A model generated the notes under the pieces. That model ran no database searches. It was not told where the DNA came from and saw nothing but the letters and a program-made list of their open reading frames with translations. A stretch of 64,000 nt of DNA from Mobula hypostoma (Eukaryota): contig NC_086097.1 of the NCBI RefSeq assembly GCF_963921235.1, forward strand, positions 129,768,001 to 129,832,000. Reading direction: 5' to 3'. The position numbers and the translations under genes are program-made. How positions within the stretch are numbered: the first letter of the stretch is position 1; the number at the start of each line of letters is the position of its first letter. Positions 24,883 through 36,676 of this stretch are shown one piece after another.

Positions 24883-25810
24883 AGACCATAAGACCATAAG
24901 ACGTAGGAGCAGAATTAGGCCATCTGGCCCATCAAGTCTGCTCCGCCATTCAATCATGGCTGATCCTTTATTTTTCCTCCTCCACAACCCCAGTTCCTGG
25001 CCTTCTTCCTTTGATGTCATGTCCAATCAAGAACCTATCAATCTCTGCCTTAAATACACCCAAAGTCCTGGCCTCCACAGCTGCATGTAGCAACAAATTC
25101 CAAAAATTCACCACCCTTTGGCTGAAGAAATTTCTCTGCACTCTGTTTTGAAAGGGCGCCCCTCTATCCTGAAGCATTGCCCTCTTGTCCTAGACCCTCC
25201 CACCACGGGAAATATCCTTTCCACATCAACTCTGTCTAGGCCTTACAACATTCAAAAGGTTTCAAAGAGATCCCACCCTCATCCTTCTGAATTCCAGTGA
25301 GTTCAGATCCAGAGCCATCAAACATTCCTCATATGATAACCCTTTCATTCCTGGAATCATCCTTGTGAATCTCCACTGGACCTTCTCCAATGCCAGCACA
25401 TCTTTTCTAAGATGAGGAGCCCAAAACTGTTCATCCAATACTCAAGGTGAGGCCACACCAGTGCCTTAAAAAAGCCTCAGCATCACATCCTTGCTCTTGT
25501 ATTCTAGACCTCTTGAAATGAATGCTAACATGGCATCTGCCTTCCTTACCACCAACTCAACCTGCAAGTTAACCTTCAGGGTGTTCTGCACAAGGACTCC
25601 CAAGTCCCTTTGCATCTCAGATTTTTGGACTTTCTCCTCATTTAGAAAATAGACCGCATATTTATTTGTACTACCAAAGTGCATGGCCATGCATTTTCCA
25701 ACATCGTGTTTCATTTGTCACTTTCTTGCCCATTCTCCTAATCTAAGTCCTTCTGCATCGTACCTGTTTCCCCAACGCTACCTGCCCCTCCACCAATCTT
25801 TGTATCATCT
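24883..25810 (-). mobile_element. CR1 LINE 3' portion
   Basis: RDLGVLV..KADAMLAFISRGLEYKSKDVMLRL; NFFSQRVVNFWN; (TCTTATGG)n-type tail. Confidence 0.9.
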
Positions 25811-28065
25811 TTAGACAACCTTCTTCACTGCCCAACACAAGAGGAATGTCGATGTCATCCACAAACTTACTAATTAGTTATACCAATGCACAAGAAGAAC
25901 AGCCTCAACAACTTACACCCAGTGGCACTCACATCCACTCTGATGAATTTCTTTGAGAGGTTAATCATGGCTAAAATCAATTCCCGCCTAAGGATTGTGA
26001 CGAGAATACACATAAAATTAAGATGTTTGCTGGCCTGGGTTAGCATCAGTGACATCAGCAAGTGGTCTGCCACCTGTCCTCAGGGGAAGGAGAGATAAGG
26101 AACAATGGAGCAGCGTCTGGAGATGTGTAATGAAGGGACGGGGGAGAGAGAGCTGTCTGGAGCGGCTCCCCCCTTTGAACCCTGAACTGTTTGAAGTGAT
26201 GGACAAGCGATACCCCAGCAGGGGGATAAAAAGGGACAGGTTCGCTAAGGCAGGACACACACGACACCCGAGGTAACGAGACCCTGGAAGCGGTGCGCCT
26301 CTCACGAGTCGGTGGGAAGTACCGGACCTTAAATGCACAGGGTGGAAAGGTACGATCAGTGGGAACCCGGTGTGTGTCCACCCTCGCTTGGGTGCTGGGT
26401 TCACTGTAGAGGATCGACCGCATCTGGAGGAGGGGTCACAGTCGGTGACCTCAGGTGACATCACCAAGGACCTGCCCGAAAGCTGCTTGTGAGCAATATC
26501 GCTGGTCTGTGAGTGGAAGCCGTGTCTGAATGATCGGTCGTTCCCGTTCTCTCTCTCTCTCTCCCCCCACGTTGTCCATCGCCATGGCAACGATTACTGC
26601 GAACTGAACTAAATTGGACTGAACTTTTGTGTCACTTTGAAATTTGGTCATTTACCTCTAGACAACGATAGAGCTTGATTGATGCTGTTATCTTAATTCT
26701 GTGCACATGTGTGTTTATCATTGCTGAACTGTTGCATTTATTATCCTTTTGATTACTGTGTTGCTTGTTTCTTTAATAAAACTTTCTTAGTTCTCGTAAT
26801 CCAGACTCCAACTGAGTGATCCATTTCTGCTGGTTTGGCAACCCAGTTACGGGGTACGTAACAGGATCTAGGCTCACTGCAATTTTCTTATTGCCGCAGT
26901 AGGTATACAGTGCATGAAATCTCATTGGACTTCTACGTGGGCTTGGATCACTGGGATAGTAATAATATTTATGTTAGGCTGCTGTTTATTGACCACAGCT
27001 CAGTGTTCAACACAATCATAGCCTCAGTTCGAATCAAAAAGCTCCAAACCCTGGGCCTCTGGACATCACTCTGCAACTTCCTTGACTTCCTCACTGGAAA
27101 ACCACAATCTGTATGGATTGGAAATAACATCTCCTCCCTGATGACAATCAACACTGTGCATCTCAAGGATGTGTGCCTGGCCCACTGCTCTACTCTGTCC
27201 ACACCCACAACTGTGTTGCTGGGCACAGCTTAAATGGCTCTATAAATTTGCCGATGTCACAACTATTGTTGGCAGAATTTCAGATGGTGACGAGGCCGCA
27301 TACAGGAGCAAGGTAGATCAGCTGGTTGAGTGGTGTCACAGCAACAATCTTGCACTCAATGTAGGTAAGAACAAGGAATTAATTGTGGACTTCAGGAAGG
27401 GTAGCAAGTAGAGTCTTCATCAAAGGATCTGCAGTGGAAAGGGTGATTATTTTCAAGTTCCCGGGTGTCAACATCTCTGAAGATCTATCCTGGGCCCAAC
27501 ATATCAATGCAGCTACAAAGAAGGCATGACCATAGCTATATTTCATTCGGAGTTTGAGGAGAATAGGCATGTCACCAAAGACACTACTAACTTTCTACAC
27601 ATGTACCGTGAAGAGCCTAACTGATTACAATATCATCCGATACGAAGGGGCCACTGCACAGGATCATAAAAAGCTGCAGAAAGTTGTAAACTCAGCCAGC
27701 TCCATCAAGGGCACTAGCCTACTCAGCATCCTAGACATCTTCAAAAGGCAATGCCTCAAAAAAAGGTGGCACCTATCACCCAGGACATAAACTCTTCTCG
27801 TTGCTACCAAAGAGGAGGTACAGAAGCCTTAAGACGCACACTTAACATTTCAGGAGCAGCTTTTTCCCCTCTGCCATTAGACACCTTAATGGACAATGAA
27901 CCTATGAACAGTACTTTTCCCCTCTCTTTTGCACTACTGATTTATTTTAAAAAAATATATACTTATTATAATTTATAGTTCTTATTACTATGTATTGCAA
28001 TATACAGCTGCAGCAAAGCAACAAATTTTATGATATATACCGGTGATAATTAAACCTAGTTCTGA
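25811..28065 (+). mobile_element. Rex1/Babar-like LINE, interrupted by a solo LTR
   Basis: LNNLHPVALTSTLMNFFERL, LLFIDHSSVFNTI, YKFADVTTIVG, LNVGKNKELIVDFRK; tail AATTAAACCTAGTTCTGA. Confidence 0.85.
25996..26863 (+). repeat. Solo LTR, Gypsy family A-related
   Basis: TGTGACG...CGTAACA; homologous to 3416-4251; 4-bp TSD GGAT. Confidence 0.93.
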
Positions 28066-29679
28066 TATGCCACCTACATTCTCATCCACAGTTAATATAT
28101 GCAACAAACAATAGGGTCCCTAGCACCAGTCCCTTCTGTACACCACTGGCCACAGCTCCAATCTGACAAACAACCCTCCACTACTACACTCCAACATCTT
28201 CCACCAGACCAATTTTGCATTCAGTTGGCTAGCTCACCTGGATCTCATATGACCTGGGCCAAGCCATCATGTGGGACCTTGTCAAAAGCCTCCGTAAAGT
28301 CCATGCAGACAATGCCCGCAGTAGTGAGTAATCAGGTTCAAGAGGATCCTTAAGAATGCAAGCCGACAAGTATTTGAGATTGACGTGTGAGCTTGCGCGA
28401 AGAAAAGATTTGCTGCAATGTAGGACAAATTAGGTTCTTTTTCCAAAGACCTGATGTGGACGGACCGCCCAAAAAAGCCACTTCCTGCGTTGTAAGATTG
28501 CTTGATTCCACATCTTTGCCTAAACACTAGCGACTCTGAATGGGGGAAAGGGAAGTGGGTGTCCTAGGTTATAAAGACAGTAACAGGCATACTCAAAATC
28601 TGCAATCATTGCAGATTAGAGCAGATTTGGATGTTCGTAACATGAAGATCCTGCATATAGATCTGCAATCAAGAGGGTTATGATGTTTACATGAAGTGAT
28701 TACTTAATCCAAGCTCATGTGTGTATTACCTTAGGTATCACAAAATGTCTAATACTAGCAATATTGGATGAAATTGTTTTCTATGCACCGATTCACTCCC
28801 AGAACATGACAACAACGCACGGTTGGAAAGAACTAGTCTGATCTACTGCACTTACAATATACAACAAAAACTGCTCAAGAGAAAAACATACTAAACAGAA
28901 TGCCAGTCGAAGGAAAATTTCCATAGTACCTTTCATAATCTCAGAATGCCACTGCCAAAGGAAGCACTTACTAAGCAAAAGCCATTGTTATTAAAGTTGG
29001 AAATATGATTGGAACAATGAACAATACAAATGTCATACAACATTATAGAGATGCAATATGCATTGCAAAACCAACAGCCTCCACATTCACAGTGCTTTTG
29101 TATATTATGCAAACTGCCAAATTGATCTTTTACACAGAACAAACAGACATCTATTTCAATTGGATTTGTATTTTGTTTTAAACTGAGAGCTCAAAGTTCC
29201 AAGTAAATAGGATTCTAATTTAGTAAAATGTTGCAATAAATTATTTGCATAAACCTTTTACAGAACTGAAGATACCGGTGCCAGGCAGGACTTCAAATGG
29301 TAACCCTATAGGATACCGGAACAGAGCTCCCAACTCACAAATTCATGATAAAATGAAGAGCTCAAGGTAAACAAGTAAAACCCTGATAGGGAATCCCAAA
29401 CAATAACACACAACCATATTCCTAATGCAGAAATACATCAGAAAGCCAAAGGCAGCATACCAACCCACAAACTATACAGTATCCAGAATGCCAACCTACA
29501 ATCACATACACCAACACAGAACGCCAATGTACAAATGAAATCTAATAAACACCGCGCAATCATCCCCAAGCAGAAACAAGTGCAGGATCCCAAATAATAC
29601 GATGTGTGATGTAGATATAATTGAATGTTGTTTGATATTACAAACCTTCGCTTGCTCTGATCGGCTGAGAGAGTCAAGG

Positions 29680-31700
29680 TACGAGCGCGCACTCAGAATA
29701 CAATGCATTAAATAAAAGGACTGGTACAAACTGCAAGAACAATCTCACTTGAGCCAAACCAGTTAGTTCGCCTATTCACGAGGCGTTCAGCGAGCACAGA
29801 TCGCCGAGTTCGAAACCACTGCGTTGGAGAGGGCGTCTCATTTGGAGAAGTATACGATTAGATCCCCGAGTTTTGACGGGAGAGGCGTGTCGTTCCCTTA
29901 TATAGAAACAGGAGCACACGAGATTTCGGATAACTACTCCCCGTGTTAAATAAGTTCTATTCAATGAAAATCATATTTCAAAAGAAATCCCTGGCAGTTT
30001 AAGTGGACACAGTCCGGCGTCTATTGAAGCACTCGCCCTTCTTTCGCAGGCTGAGGGAGATATATTGAAGTTAATTTCAATCCCGATTTATTTTCTCTTC
30101 TTCACTCTCTAACCGAGTGGTGCATGAAGCGCTCTCTCGTTGCTGCGCTCGGAGTGAAGTTGACCTCCAGCGCCCCCCCCCCACCCCGGTACCAGCTCGT
30201 TCAACGCCCCCTGTGACCTGTTGCCCCGGATTCCCACAGCCTTACCTGTTGCTTCAGTCGAACGTGGCGCTCACACATGGTTTCCATTGCGTACAGCGAC
30301 CGTTCTTTGCCCAGGTCTCACCCCTCTCCACGAGCCAGCTGAGCAAGAAATGGCAAGAGGATTATGTTGTTCGCCCTCCCGCCCCAACCCAAACTGCGAT
30401 CGCAATCGACCCTCGAAAATCCAGAAATCACTTGATCTCCCTCGTAGTTGAGCCCCCGAGGTCAGGGTTCGTTTGTTTAATGAATGGTGACACAATGGTT
30501 TACTGCAAGCACACAGGCCGTTCGGCCCAACTGCTCTATGCCTGCCTCAGCTCGCTCCCATTCCTCTCCAGGGAACCCTAGCAACCAACTCTTTTCTGTT
30601 CCTTTCACTCTCGCACTCCAACTTAAAAGCGTCCGTGCCACAGCAGTAGCGACTTCCACGTTCAGTCTATCATTCAGTCGGGGACACTTCGTTACGTCTA
30701 TCCCACTCTCTTACGGCAGTGAACCCCTCTTCGCAAGTACTTTCCCCGAATCAACCCTTACCGATCCCTTTTAAGCATTTTCGAAAACCTTTTGAAGAGC
30801 CCCGTCACTCTTTCCAGATAACAGCACTCGATTCTGTGGACGGACCTCACGTTTAACCCTCGGCACCACACACGTGTCTCCGCTAATCTGCCACTTTGCA
30901 TTTACAAACAAAATCAGTTTTTGCAAATCGCACACTCCCTCCCTCCTGCACAAAGATCAGCGTTTCCTTTCCCATCTCGCTTCATTGCAAGCCCGTTGAT
31001 TTGCTCACAATTCCCAGTTGGAAAAATACATGTTAACCCATCCCGGTTCCGTGTATAAAGCACGGCCACACCATTGCAACAAGTATTAACTAAACTGACA
31101 ACCGCCAGAGATTTCTTCCAAAGAGAGGGATCAAAAAATGAAGCGGGGCAGACTCTCCCCGCACTTTCACCCACACTGACTCGACTGCCTACTCTTCCTC
31201 TTCACGCCATGCCTTCGTAAGAGTTCCTCACCACAGTGCTCACAATCAGCCTTGAACGTGGGCTGGATGAGTCTGGAACAGCGCTCGCTCCAGCGAGAAC
31301 AGGACCCGTTAACCCAGTTCAAGGAGATTCGAGGCAACGTGCAGGCAAGAAGTATGTATTTCCCTCCATCTTCCAAACCAACATTCAAGCCTCTTGATCT
31401 TGATCTGGGGCTAGACTGACTTCACTTCGTTATCTTCCCTTCAAGATTTTGATACCCCATAGAACGAACACACGCCTTCTCCCCCAACGCATCCCATACC
31501 ACAATTTGAGAGGTTTTCAATCCAGCATTGCACAACCAGTTCAGTGGAACAGCGAAGTTGCTCTCTGTGTACTGTACTCTTAATTGGCGGCGTTAGCGTC
31601 ACGCACGCCACGCCACGCCCGACCCTGCCCATTCTCCGACTCAGCCCTGATGTCCTGGAAGAGTACTTGCGTGTTTGCAGGAGTTTCCTCCGGATTAAAT
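29680..31700. promoter_or_regulatory. CpG-rich, repeat-poor island; probable host promoter/first-exon region
   Basis: Visibly high CpG density versus flanks; ATTGG, GCGTCACG and CCACGCCC motifs clustered at ~31580-31622. Confidence 0.55.
30246..30287 (-). CDS. Candidate first coding exon METMCERHVRLKQQ of an unidentified host gene
   Basis: Strong Kozak context GCAATGG, 14 codons, consensus donor CAG|GTAAG, inside the CpG island; no homology recognised. Confidence 0.3.
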
Positions 31701-32789
31701 ACAGTTCCTTGGACATGACAAGGAAGCAGCACTTGTGTTGTCCAGCTGTCTAATGAAGCCCAAAGTCCCACGCAATTATCTTCAGGAACAGCTATTTTCC
31801 TATTCATTTTTTTTTCAAACGATCTACACAACGCTAGTCCTATGTAGGCGCAGTACACAATCGACCACCTCTTGAACTAACATCATCTATCACTGATAGT
31901 GATTTTTTTTTGCATCAATGTCTTGTTTTGCAGTCTTTTTCTTCAGTCTTGGATAATGTGCATTTCGTGAATCCCCGTGCCCATGATGCTGCCGCAAACA
32001 ATTTTTTTCATTATGCTTGTACCTCACCATACATATTTCTGCATATAACAACTCCGGATGTCTTGACTGTCCATATTGTTAGACGTCTTTGGAACTAAGT
32101 TGTGTGTATTCTCTGATCTCAGCTGACTGGCTATTCCTTTGAGAGACACAAGTGTGGCCAAGATGTCCTGTTGGGTATCACATTCCATTTCCATGACCCT
32201 CCCATTCTCATCACCCTGTCTTGTGCCTCATGTTCTGGCATTGCTCAAACAGCACTCAAACCAATTAGGTTTATTACAACATTCTGGGCAACACTGAATT
32301 CAATGGTTTCATACAAGGATTCTGCTATTCTTCCCAATCTATTGTCCCACCCTTCATCCCTTTTCCCATCCCACTAGCAGTCCCCTTTCCATGTGATGAC
32401 ACCACCATTTTCCTTTAAATCTCCCCTTCATTCCACTCCACAACAAAACCTTACCTTTTATTTCTGCCAGGGACTCCGAAGGACTGCAGACGCTGGAATC
32501 TGGAGCAACAGCCAATCTGTAAGTGGGGTTGAGCAGCATCCATAGGGTGAAAGAGAACTGTTGATACATTGGGTCGAAACACTGTAATCAGGAGCTATCT
32601 TGGCTAAGGGGTAATTATTATCCACCAGTAAGGACCTCTAATGGAAATGTTCATGCAATTTGTTTAACATCCTCCTTAAAAGGCCGACCAGCCCTTGACT
32701 TAATGTCTCATCCACAAGATGGGACCCCTATCAACACCATTATCAAAATGTAGTTGGGCATTGGGACAAAGACAAGAAAAAGTATCTTC

Positions 32790-33475
32790 AGTTAGAAGAC
32801 AGTGAATCAAAGGACAATGAAATTAGGCTCAGCAGAGGATGTGCTTCTTGCATCAGTTGGTAAAATTCCATCTTCCCCAGGACACCCTGGTGGCAATCCT
32901 ACTCTGCCATCAAAGATCATCCTCACATCACCAATTAAATGTCTGGTTTGGTGCAGCATCCTCTCAGAATATGTACAAAAACCGCAGCGAACTGTCAGAT
33001 CAGCAGAAAAGGTCATTGGCTACAGTCTACCGTCACTGCAGAATCTGTCCGGGACAAAGAAGCAGGCAGGAGAAGTCATTACAGACACTACCCACCCAGC
33101 AAGCTGATTTTTCCAAAAGCTCCCTTCTAGAAAGTGTTGTAAGGCTATTAAAACAAAACTTTGGCACTATTTTAAAAGTTTCTTCCCTCAGGTGGTTAAT
33201 CTGATCAACGATTCTAGTTATCTCTTCCAATCCCCTCTATCTATTACTTTGATTACTGTAAACACTTCTTGTAATGCTGATTACTTGTAAATCCATGTTG
33301 GTATTTGTGTATTTCTACAAATTCTATTCTAAATCTGTATTTTAACCTCTAACTTTATTTTTATACAATTCTTTATTCTTTATAATTGTTGAGTGTTGGA
33401 GCTTTTAGATACGTGTCGCACCAACACATCATGGTAAATTTCTAATACGGTGAATAGAGTAGATCCTTGATTCTT
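32790..33475 (+). mobile_element. Degenerate Rex1-like LINE 3' fragment
   Basis: QKPQRTVRSAEKVIGYSLPSL..DTTHPA resembles the Rex1 ORF C-terminus. Confidence 0.65.
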
Positions 33476-35335
33476 CGAAAGTTTTTTACTCAGGAGGCCA
33501 GATGACCAGTGACTGAGCATATTCAAAGCAGGGATTCATTTAAAAAGTTACTCAGGGACTCAAATGTTATGGGGTTAGTGAAGGAAAGAGCTGATGAACT
33601 AAAACAATTCAAAGGAAAAAGTGACTGAAATGTTTTACCATTTGATTTAAATGACAGGCAAATAATACAACACAGAACACTGGAGTAGCTCAGTGAGTCA
33701 GGTAACATCTTCGGGAGGAAATGGACAGAGGATATTTTGGGTTAAGACCCTTCACCTGGTCTCAAACTAGATGCAAACTTGATGCCTCATGATATGTTGA
33801 TTGAGATCTTCATTTGCCTCACAGCTCCTGTGACCTGGGTTCAATCTTATCCTTGGGTGGTGTATGGATGGATCAGATTCTCTGCATCAGATTACTATGG
33901 GTACTCTAGTTCTTTCCCCATACTACAGACATACTGGTTGACAGGTTCATTATCTATGGTAAAATTGTCCTTAGTATAGGTTGGTGGATTGAGAATTGCA
34001 AGGGGTTGGTGTGCAATGGTGGTGCTCAGTTGACAGGAGTGTGAAAGGGAAAATGGGATTTCAGTGGCTAGCACACTTCAGTCAGGACCTAAACCGAACA
34101 TAGATGTATAACCCCAATTTTATTGGCTGGCTTAATGTAAAGGAACCCTTAGGAGGCAGTGATCATAATATAGAAACATAGAAAACCTACAGCGCAATAC
34201 AGGCCCTTCGGCCCACAAGGTTGTGCCAAACATGACCCTATCTTAGAAATTACTAGGCTTACATGTATTTTTCTATTTTTCTAAGCTCCATGTACCTATC
34301 CAAAAGTCTCTTAAAAGACCCTATCGTATCCACCTCCACCACCGTTGCCGGCAGCCCATTCCACATACTCACCACTCTGAGTAAAAAACTCACCCCTGAC
34401 ATCTTCTCTGTACCTGCTCCCCAGCACCTTAAACCTGTGTCCTCTTGTGGCACCATTTCAGCCCTGGGAAAAAGCCTCTGAATATTCACACGATCAATGC
34501 CTCTCATCATCTTATCTTATCTCTATCAGGTCACCTTTCAACCTCCGTCGCTCCAAGGAGAAAAGGTCGAGTTCACTCAACCTATTCTCATAAAGCATGC
34601 TCCCCAATCCAGGCAACATCCTCGTAAATCTCCTCTGCACCCTTTCTATGGCTTCCACATCCTTCCTGTAGTGAGGCGACCAGAACTGAGCACAGTACTC
34701 CAAGTGGGGTCTGGCCACGGTCCTATAAAGCTGCAACATTACCTCTCAGCTCCTAAATTCAATTCCACAATTGATGAAGGCCAATACACCGTACGCCTTC
34801 TTAACCACAGATTCACCCTGCACAGCTGCTTTGAGCATCCGATGGACTCAGACCCCAAGATCCCTCTGCTCCTCCACACTACCAAGAGTCTTACCATTAA
34901 TACTATATTCTGCCATCATAGTTGACCTACCAAAATGAACCACTTCACACTTATCTGAGTTGAACTCCATCTGCCACTTCTCAGCCCAGTTTTGCATCCT
35001 ATCAATGTCCCGCTGTAACCTCTGACAGCCCTCCACACTATTCACAACACTCCCATTGTGTCATCAGCAAACTTACTAACCCATCCCTCCACTTCCTCAT
35101 CCAGGTCATTTATAAAAATCACGAAGAGTAAGGGTCCCAGAACAGATTCTTGAGGCACTCCACTGGTGACTGACTTCCATGCAGAATATGACCCGTCTAC
35201 AACCACTCTTTGCCTTCGGTGGGCAAGCCAGTTCTGGATCCACAAAGCAATGTCCTCTTGGATCCCATGCCTCCTTACTTTCTCAATAAGCCTTGCATGG
35301 GGTACCTTATCAAATGCCTTGCTGAAATCCATATA

Positions 35336-36036
35336 AGGTTCGTCCATCATCATCAATGAAGACCTCGACACCATTAGTACTTTTTTATAAGGTCGAGATG
35401 CTAGCTCGACACTCAACCTGACACGGATGGAAAGCGTGCCCAGGAGTGGCTCAACTAGATTTGAACTCGGGAACCTTCGCTCCTGGAGTCCGGCGCTGAA
35501 GTCACTGCGCCACCAGCTGGCTTGATGGTGTCGAGCCTAGCGCTTGATTTGGATTTAAGTGAGGAAGAGTTGCGCAGTGTCAGCCTCACTCTCTCTTCCC
35601 AATTCCCATCTGGATCCAGTGGCAAGACAAGAGTTGAGACGGCTGGAGATGGGACGAGGCGCAGTGGATGACCAGGACGTCTTCTGTGTCTTGTCCGCTC
35701 TACACATTCCACGATGCTTGCAGAGACTGCCTTCTTGACCGTTGGACCTTCCATTGGTCTCGTCCACTCAATCCGCCGGAGACTGTCTTCACATGCTGGG
35801 ATAGGCAACTCCCTATCTCACCGAGGGTTTGAGACCCGTTGGCTACCCTCAGCTGGTTTAGCCGGCTTGTTGAAGCCGTTGCCCGGGATGTGGCCGCTGT
35901 CACATGCAAACAGCTACGGGGAGCCACAGGTGAGAGCTGAGTGCCAGGTGGGGACCAAAGGTGGACAAACCGCCCTGAGAAGGATGCAACATGTACCCCC
36001 ACCAGAAGTACTACCCCTCCCTAATGCCCCATAGAC
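35336..36036 (-). mobile_element. Bipartite RTE-derived non-autonomous retroposon, longer copy
   Basis: Splits the CR1 RT; CCATATA duplicated at 35329-35335 and 36037-36043; homologous to 16118-16580. Confidence 0.7.
35376..35521 (-). mobile_element. Short tRNA-derived SINE nested in the RTE-derived repeat
   Basis: A box TGGCGCAGTGA, B box GAGTTCAAATC; absent from the paralogous copy at 16118. Confidence 0.85.
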
Positions 36037-36676
36037 CCATATACTCTACATCTACTGCTCTTCCTTCATCAATGTGTTGAGTCACATCCTCAAGAAATTC
36101 AGTCAGGCTTGTAAGGCACGACCTGCCCTTGACAAAGCCATACTGACTATTCCTAATCATATTATACCTCTCCAAGTGTTCATAAATCCTGCCTCTCAGG
36201 ATCTCCTCCATCAACTTACCAACCACTGAGATAAGACTCACTGGTCTATAATTTCCTGGGCTATCTCTACTCCCTTTCTTGAATAAAGGAACAACATCCA
36301 CAACCCTCCAATCCTCTGGATCCTCTCCCATCCCCATTGAAGATGCAAAGATCATCGCCAGAGACTCAGCAATCTCCTCCCTCACCTCCCACAGTAGCCT
36401 GTGGTACATCTCATCAGGTCCTGGCAAAGTATCCAACTTGATGCTTTCCAAAAGCTGCAGCACATCCTCTTTCTTAATATCTACGTGCTCAAGCTTTTAA
36501 GTCTGCTGCAAGTCATCACTACAATCACCAAGAACCTTTTCCATAGTGAGTACTGAAATAAAGTATTCATTAAATACCTCTGCTATTTCCTCCGGTTCCA
36601 TACATACTTTCCCACTGTCACGCTTGATAGGTCCTATTCTTTCACGTATTATCCTCTTGTTCTTCACATACTTGTA

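Larger units (their letters stand above)
34172..36676 (-). mobile_element. CR1 LINE (younger) inserted into an older plus-strand CR1
   Basis: [52 protein letters not shown]; host CR1 resumes at 36677. Confidence 0.92.

Noticed and set aside
29800..29820. B-box-like GAGTTCGAAACC suggesting a tRNA gene
   Set aside because: No A box at a proper distance and no cloverleaf; at most an isolated B box
30117..31858. Several 60-150 aa ORFs in the CpG island, considered as an endogenous viral element
   Set aside because: No viral or cellular motifs recognised; short overlapping ORFs are expected in GC-rich DNA
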